A DNA stretch of 64,000 bases from Eledone cirrhosa (taxonomy: Eukaryota): the NCBI GenBank assembly GCA_964016885.1, contig OZ024750.1, forward strand, positions 46,686,001-46,750,000. The letters run 5' to 3'. The translations under genes and the position numbers were made by a program. The notes beneath the pieces are model-generated. The model was given only the letters and a program-made list of their open reading frames with translations. It did no database searches and was not told the DNA's origin. How positions within the stretch are numbered: the stretch's first letter is position 1; every line of letters begins with the position of its first letter. Shown here one piece after another: positions 57,449 to 64,000 of this stretch.

Positions 57449-58354
57449 TACCAGAGAACTACATATATAACACAAACAATAACTCATAACACATATATAC
57501 CATTACCAAAATGAAGACCCAATCAATATATTTAAGTTTTACTTAACCACAAACCTAAATACACATCATTTCTCTAACTCTAACCAAACATTTACGTCTC
57601 AAAATTCTATAAATTTGTTAATGTACTATATAGATAAATGTCAACACAAAAAAAAAAAAACATTACACAAAATCAAATCAGTATCACTGTGTTATATCCA
57701 TAAAATAATATTCTAAATTGAGATATCAGATCTTGAACAATAACTTGTGTATCCCTCGTAAATGTGGTCTCAAAACAAACATCTATAACAAACTAAAACT
57801 TGAAAACATCATATATGAACTATAAGTGACAATCTACATGTTATCTTGATCCAAATGAACTTTATGTGTAAATATCACTGCTTTAAAATAACACCTTAGC
57901 ATCTACCGACGACAGACATTCTCCCCAAACCCCCACAATGGCAACAAACGTTACAACTCCAGACATTGGGAAAATAAGAAGATCTGATAGATAAGGGACC
58001 GCTTTTTATCTCTAGATGTATTTTAATTTGTGAGAAAACTGTCGGTAATTCCACAGTCTTAAAATATATTAAATCCAACATGATAATTGTACTTTTAGAA
58101 TCTTCCAAACCAGTTCCTTCTATTAAATCTAGAACACTAACCGGTCTTCTAACAATATGGCCGCCGACAAGATCACCTTTACATAAATACACATCATTTC
58201 GACCAATAAAATAAAGAATGGAAATAAGTTAAACAGAAATTTATTATTTTGTTTAGGGCAACACCAACAAATAAATCTAAAAATAGATAGAAATTAAAAA
58301 CGGAATTCCGAAATGAAATAATTAGAAATCAGGCCATTAGCCACAAGTCTCGAC

Positions 58355-58704
58355 ATAGAGGAAGCAGGCCAGTGTGAAAAGTAGGGATTAGCTAGTTTCA
58401 TATGTATGCACAAACAAGAACTAGTGTATTTTAACAAGGTTAACCACAAGCCCTGGGTCAATATTTTGTACTATTATATCTGTCACAGACCACAGTGTCT
58501 GGGAGACACATGCACTGGGGAGCTAGCGCATAGAGGAAGCAGGCCAATGTGAAAAGTAGGGATTTGCTAGTTTCATATGTATGCACTAACAAGAACTAGT
58601 GTATTTTAACAAGGTTAAACACAAGCCCTAGGTCGATGTTTGTACTATTATATCTGTCACAGACCACAGTGTCTGGGAGACACATGCACTGGGGAGCTAG
58701 CGCA
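58355..58704. repeat. ~174-bp tandem duplication
   Basis: catagaggaagcaggcc...ggggagctagcg occurs twice. Confidence 0.9.
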
Positions 58705-58799
58705 TAATGCGCCAGCTGAAACTGTCTATTCACCCCTCCACCTTATTTAAAACAGACAAAACCTTCAAATAATCATGTTTCTATGTGAATTTGTTCACA

Positions 58800-60065
58800 A
58801 GCAATAGATATGAAATTATCGCCCTCCCAACACCCGCCTTTCTTTCGCCTCTCAAGTACCAGCCCATCACCCTACCACTCCGGTGACATATTCTCCGTTC
58901 CTTCCACACCCTCTCTTCTGACCCCATTACGTCTTGCCTTTTTCCTAAACTACATAATACCGCATTTAAGCGGGCCCGTAACCTCCGCGTCTTCCTGGTA
59001 CGCAGTTCCTTCTCGTCCTCTCCTACGACACCACCCGGCTTTCATCCTTGTTCTCGTCCTCACTGTAACACCTGTCCTTTCATTTTCACCATCATCAGAC
59101 TCACAGGCCTCAACTCTTCATTTTGTATCCGCGATTCCTTCACCTGCACCTCCAAACACGTTGCCTAAGCCCTCTGGTGTTCCCTTTGCGGGTTCTTATA
59201 CATCGGACAAATGGGACGTCGTTTGGCAGACCATTTTACTGAACATTTGAGGGACGTACGACTCGGTTTGGATACTCTCGTCGCCCATCAATTCTTTCTT
59301 CTGATCACTCTTCCCTACATGTCGCAGTCCTGGGTGTCCGTTTACATCATGGATCACAGGCCTCGCGCAACAGGACTGAACATAGTCTGATTTACCACCT
59401 TGGGTCCTGTTTCCCTCATGCACTCAAGTCCACGCCTCAATTTCTTAAAAACCCCGTCCATTATCACACATACGTTTGCACATTCACTCTTAGATTCCTA
59501 TGGTTACCTTATGATCAGGCACATGTACACCTACAGCTAATACAGACCAACAAAATACGCACACTCTACTTTTCCCTTCACAACTCTGTATACACAAACA
59601 CACATACCCTTACATTAAAATATTTTGCTTATGGCTTCGTACTGACAAGCACATACACACTCTCTTACTTATATACACACATACATATCGTCTTAGCTTC
59701 GTAAGGACCTATAATAACACACACACACAGAAGCATACGTAAGCACACAAGTATCGCCCTTTATACAAAATGGTTTATTTTCCATTTCAGCTAGACGCAT
59801 TCCACATCCACTTTTCTAAAAAAGTACATCATACACAAAACGCCAACATCAACAGTTTTCCAAGATATGCCAACATGAATGGAACTGTTATTTTTCTCTA
59901 AAAACATTTTTTCCAATTCCATACGCCCGTCCATTCAATCTTTCTAATTTCTCATTCTTTCTTCTGATGAAGGACTAGCGTCCGAAACGTTAAGACATCC
60001 CTTCCTGCTATATCAAGCATTAACCTAATATATACCTTCCATATACTGTACCGATTGTCTTGTTA
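58800..60065 (+). mobile_element. Decayed Penelope-like element with a 3' hammerhead
   Basis: 59171-59290 translates LWCSLCGFLYIGQMGRRLADHFTEHLRDVRLG (GIY-YIG). Confidence 0.75.
59960..59995 (+). ncRNA. Minimal hammerhead ribozyme
   Basis: TCTT-CTGATGA-a-GGAC tagc GTCC-GAA-ACGT-T-AAGA. Confidence 0.82.
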
Positions 60066-60118
60066 TTTTTGTTTCCTTTTATATACATACATACATATAA
60101 ACATACATACATACATAC

Positions 60119-60155
<37 letters not shown>

Positions 60156-60157
60156 TA

Positions 60158-60351
60158 TAGGAACAAGTAAGACCCCGGCGGCTGAGCTGAAGCCGTTTCG
60201 ACGGCTAATTCTGGACTGAATTAGCCGTCGAAACGGCTTGAGCTCAGCCGTCGGGGTCTTACTTGTTCCTATTTCCCACTCTACTACCCTAAGTATTGAG
60301 TACTTTGGTGCGTTATGGTCCACCTGGTTCCTTACCACATTTCCTTCGTTA
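60158..60351. mobile_element. Fold-back family A copy
   Basis: Apex aattc-tggact-gaatt; tail on the right. Confidence 0.85.
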
Positions 60352-61534
60352 TATATATATATATATATATGCATATATATATATATATGTGTGTGTGTGC
60401 GCGTATACGTGTGTGTGTTTGGGTGTTTGTATTCTTGTGTGGCTGTATGTGTGTGTCTTTATATATACACATAATTCCGTCTCCATAATGTCGTATAGAT
60501 TTATTCTTGTTGAAGCAATAATGGATACTAACCAGACAGACGTACAGTGACCAGAGATAAGACGTTAGTTATCAGATTAAACTTCCATTTATATCTAGAG
60601 AGATACTCAAGACTAGATATGAAAGCTGAAAATCCTTAAGCGTAGACATAAACATTGACAAGAACAATAAGAAGAAGAAAAAGAAAGAAAAATACAAGAA
60701 TACGATGAAATATTCAGTAACTGAAAAATGTCGATATATGAAACGATGGCTAAACATTTTGGTAGTATATCTGAAAACCAGTCTACTAGATACTAATACT
60801 ATTTCGTCTCAAGTAAGAATAGCATCAGCAAAGAGAGATTTGCACCAACGAACGTTAGGGTTACAATCGTTTTAAATAGCAGTTAAATCCCCTCAACTCA
60901 TACTCTACCAGTTACAGTTGTAATAATACGCTTTTAGTAAATGCTTCGGTGGTCAATTGGCTGAATCATTAGAGCATCACACAAAATATTTTTAGGTGTT
61001 TAGTTACGACTTTCTGAATTCTGAGTTCAAATCCCCCTCGAGGTCAACTTTGCCATTCATCGTTCCGGGGTCGGTAGAATAAAATACCAGTCATGTATTG
61101 AAACCAAAGCAAAACAATGCAATCCAGGAAACACAGATATATATATAGGACGGCCGGGTTTAGAACGCCTTTAATTAGATTTCAACTGCATGAGTTCTGG
61201 TCTATTTTCAGTGCGCTGATGCAGGTATTTCTAAAAGGTTTGTCCAGCTGTTAGATATATCAACATTATATCTGTGAAATAACACATACTTATATAACAA
61301 AATAGAGGCGGACATGTTAGATAATATAATCCTTTATGCACAATACCTGCAAACAAATTTATGGGATGGTCACGGTTGCAATGCCATACCCACATTTCTC
61401 GTCCAGACATGACTTCAGGTTTCATAGCAGCAACAACACAAATGTCAATGGGACGGAGAACGAATGGGAAAAAGATATCCTTATATAAGAGACCTGGATT
61501 TAATTCTTGCAGCAGAGTGAAAGACACTAAAATA

Positions 61535-61846
61535 TAGGGTCATGCAACAGGCGGCCCGCAAGCCACAATCCGGCCCACCTGACCAGTCACAGTGACCCTC
61601 GATGTCCGGTTTTTAATTTTTACATTATAGGCTTATTTAGAATTTGTTTCATACACGTCATACAATTTTCTGTTAGTTGACTAAAGGGCTTCACTAATAG
61701 GGTTATGTGTGTTATAATTTCCCAGTTCCATGCTACGGAAGAAGTTGTGGTGAATCTTTGGAATAGTGGTTTTGACAGTGACTGGCCCTAATAGTTGTTC
61801 CAATGTTCAAGAGTGGCCCACCAATGGAATATGTTGCACACCGCTG
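61535..61846. mobile_element. hAT-like MITE
   Basis: Imperfect TIRs TAGGGTCATGCAAC and GTTGCACACCGCTG with repeated subterminal GGCCC motifs; TSD unclear. Confidence 0.5.
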
Positions 61847-62174
61847 AACTAAATCCAGTGAAGCACGAGGAGGTATTGCAAGTCACCGATGTAATAGATG
61901 AATGGTGAAGGTGGCCTTGAGGGGATTTGGACAGAGGAGACTAGGAGATGGAAATTACATCTCTATGCATTCCGTCCGATGCTCTAACGCTGCTATTGAT
62001 AGTATAGAATTAACTTGTATTTATTTTTATCAAATTCCGAAAGATTGAAACGTCGTATAACATTTGATTTACTGTAAAACGATATTGAAAGATAATAACA
62101 ACTAAAGATTCTAATATTTAGAGAGAATATCAGCAATATGAAGTGTACGATTATTATTGATGAGGGCCCATCGA

Positions 62175-62470
62175 TAGGAATTGCTGGGTTTTGCACTAGA
62201 AAGTTGTTCCTCCGAGTTTCAGCCTGGGTAAAGTTTGTTTCTGGAAGACAAGCAGTCGCCCATGCTTACCACCGACGCTCTCCAAGGAAAAAGCAAAGGC
62301 CGATACAGTTTGGCACCAGTGACGTCGCAACTCATTTCAGCAGCTGAGTAAACTGGAGCAACGTGAAAGGAAGTGTCTTGCTCAAGGATACCACGCATGA
62401 CCCGATCCAAGAATCGAACTCACACCTTTTCATTTGCAAGCCCAACACTCTACCCACTAAGGCTTGCGCT
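62175..62470 (-). mobile_element. SINE family 2 with tRNA head
   Basis: Minus strand gccttagtgggtagagtg...gagttcgattc, plus the domain shared with 1741-2031. Confidence 0.75.
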
Positions 62471-62584
62471 TTCAGTATTATTGATAACTATAATGGTAAG
62501 ATACATGCTAAAAAAGACCAAGAAAATTAGAATGACATTTATTAAATGCTAAGCGAGAGTGATTATTTATATATTAAAGCGTCT

Positions 62585-62727
62585 CTTTACGATCTGAGTT
62601 CAAATCCTGCCGAGGTTAATTCTTGCAGCAGATAATTAATTCTTTCATCCTTACGGGGTCGATAAAATAAAGTACCAGTAATGCACTGGGGTAATTGCTG
62701 GCCTTGAGCCTAAAGTAGAAACAATTA
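62585..62727 (+). mobile_element. SINE family 1 (5' truncated, small internal insertion)
   Basis: B box, core and 3' end present. Confidence 0.8.
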
Positions 62728-63328
62728 TTTATATATTAAAGCAAAGTAAATGAACTTATATTCAGGTTAGACCAAGGAAACAATGGTTCTATTTGCCTTA
62801 GCAATGCAAATAACAACTGACGGTTGTCTCACTTGGCAATAGAAATGAAGGGAAATAAATCGTTTTCTTCAAGTACACAAATAAAGCAGCGTACTTTCCA
62901 CGAATCCAACTCAATATCTTTGACCAATAATCCAACACCCTACACAGTGTGTATGCCTCTTCACGTATAGATGTAAACCAACGCATTTGTTTCTTGCAGT
63001 TTTATATAAATTGTCGTAAATATACTGGCGAAAACAAGAAATAAGATGCAGCGCAGGGTAAAGAAATATTTTAGTAGATGTGTGACATCTTGTGGTATCC
63101 AGCCGGGATTTATTTGAAGGGGAGAGAAGAGGTATCCTACTGGATATCATGTCTCTGACATTATTATTGCTATGTTTAGAACGAATTTCATTTGTCCTCA
63201 TACTTTGTCATTCAAATATGTCCATCTAACTCGTGTGTGTGTACGTATATATATATATATATACACAACACGTCTTTGCCTCTTTTCTCTTTCTATCAGC
63301 GTCTATGTATATATATATATATAACACG

Positions 63329-63447
<119 letters not shown>

Positions 63448-64000
63448 TAAGACATATCTAAATGAAAACCTATGACAAAAGGAAAATATAAAAATATAAT
63501 ATGTAATATAAGAGACGTTATTACAATTTCCGTATAGAGATAAGCCCCGGAAATTCATTACTATGTTTACCAAGTGAGTTGTAGATGCATCATGGCTGAC
63601 AGAGGAAAACGTCAAATAAAATTATATAGGATTAGCGAGGAGTATTGATATTTTAATATCATGACAAGATAGGATTTATCATAGTCATGCCTATTGTTTA
63701 ATAACTTTTTTCATTACAAGAATCTGACTGTATGTATGACGGAGAGTCAGGCGGAGAAGTGACATAACAAAAACAAAAAAAATGTATGGGTTGAGGAAAG
63801 AAACATAGTTTTAATATAAACAGTTGTGTTGTATACATAATTCGGAATAAAATTGAAATGTTCAATTTAACAGAAAAAAATATAAAAGCAATCTTAAGAT
63901 ATCTGTCATAACAACAGTACGTGTATTTGAATAACAATAACGATAATAACAATAACTAGGATGATAATGATGATAATGGTTTCTGATTTAGGCACGTGGC

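Noticed and set aside
57896-58192. 98-aa ORF as another receptor exon
   Set aside because: No similarity to iGluR domains or any family I recognise, and no clear splice boundaries.

Overview
AT-rich, microsatellite-dense animal genomic DNA. It is most likely an octopod cephalopod, inferred from the SINE and Penelope repertoire and not verified. I recognise only one host exon: 38716/38722-38902 (-), encoding M1 plus the M2 pore loop of a kainate-type ionotropic glutamate receptor, with a genomically encoded Arg (CGG) at the Q/R site. The rest appears to be intron filled with transposons: tRNA-derived SINEs, Penelope-like elements (PLEs; GIY-YIG/RT remnants), R4/Dong, RTE and CRE-like LINE 3' ends, a small two-LTR non-autonomous element and a hAT-like MITE. 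The main hidden structure is more than 20 fold-back insertions sitting in (TA)n tracts, from at least 8 sequence families. They share one architecture: a minimal type-I hammerhead ribozyme (usually with a palindromic stem III), one arm that stops at an internal TA site, and one arm with an extra 3' tail. In most families the tail holds a covarying hairpin, RYTC-stem-loop-stem-YH-GARY. The most abundant family (11 copies) has a hammerhead with a U3-A8 compensatory core, and one copy folds back exactly at the predicted cleavage site. Nearly all ORF-track entries are microsatellite artefacts. All RNA structures were derived by eye and need computational and experimental confirmation.
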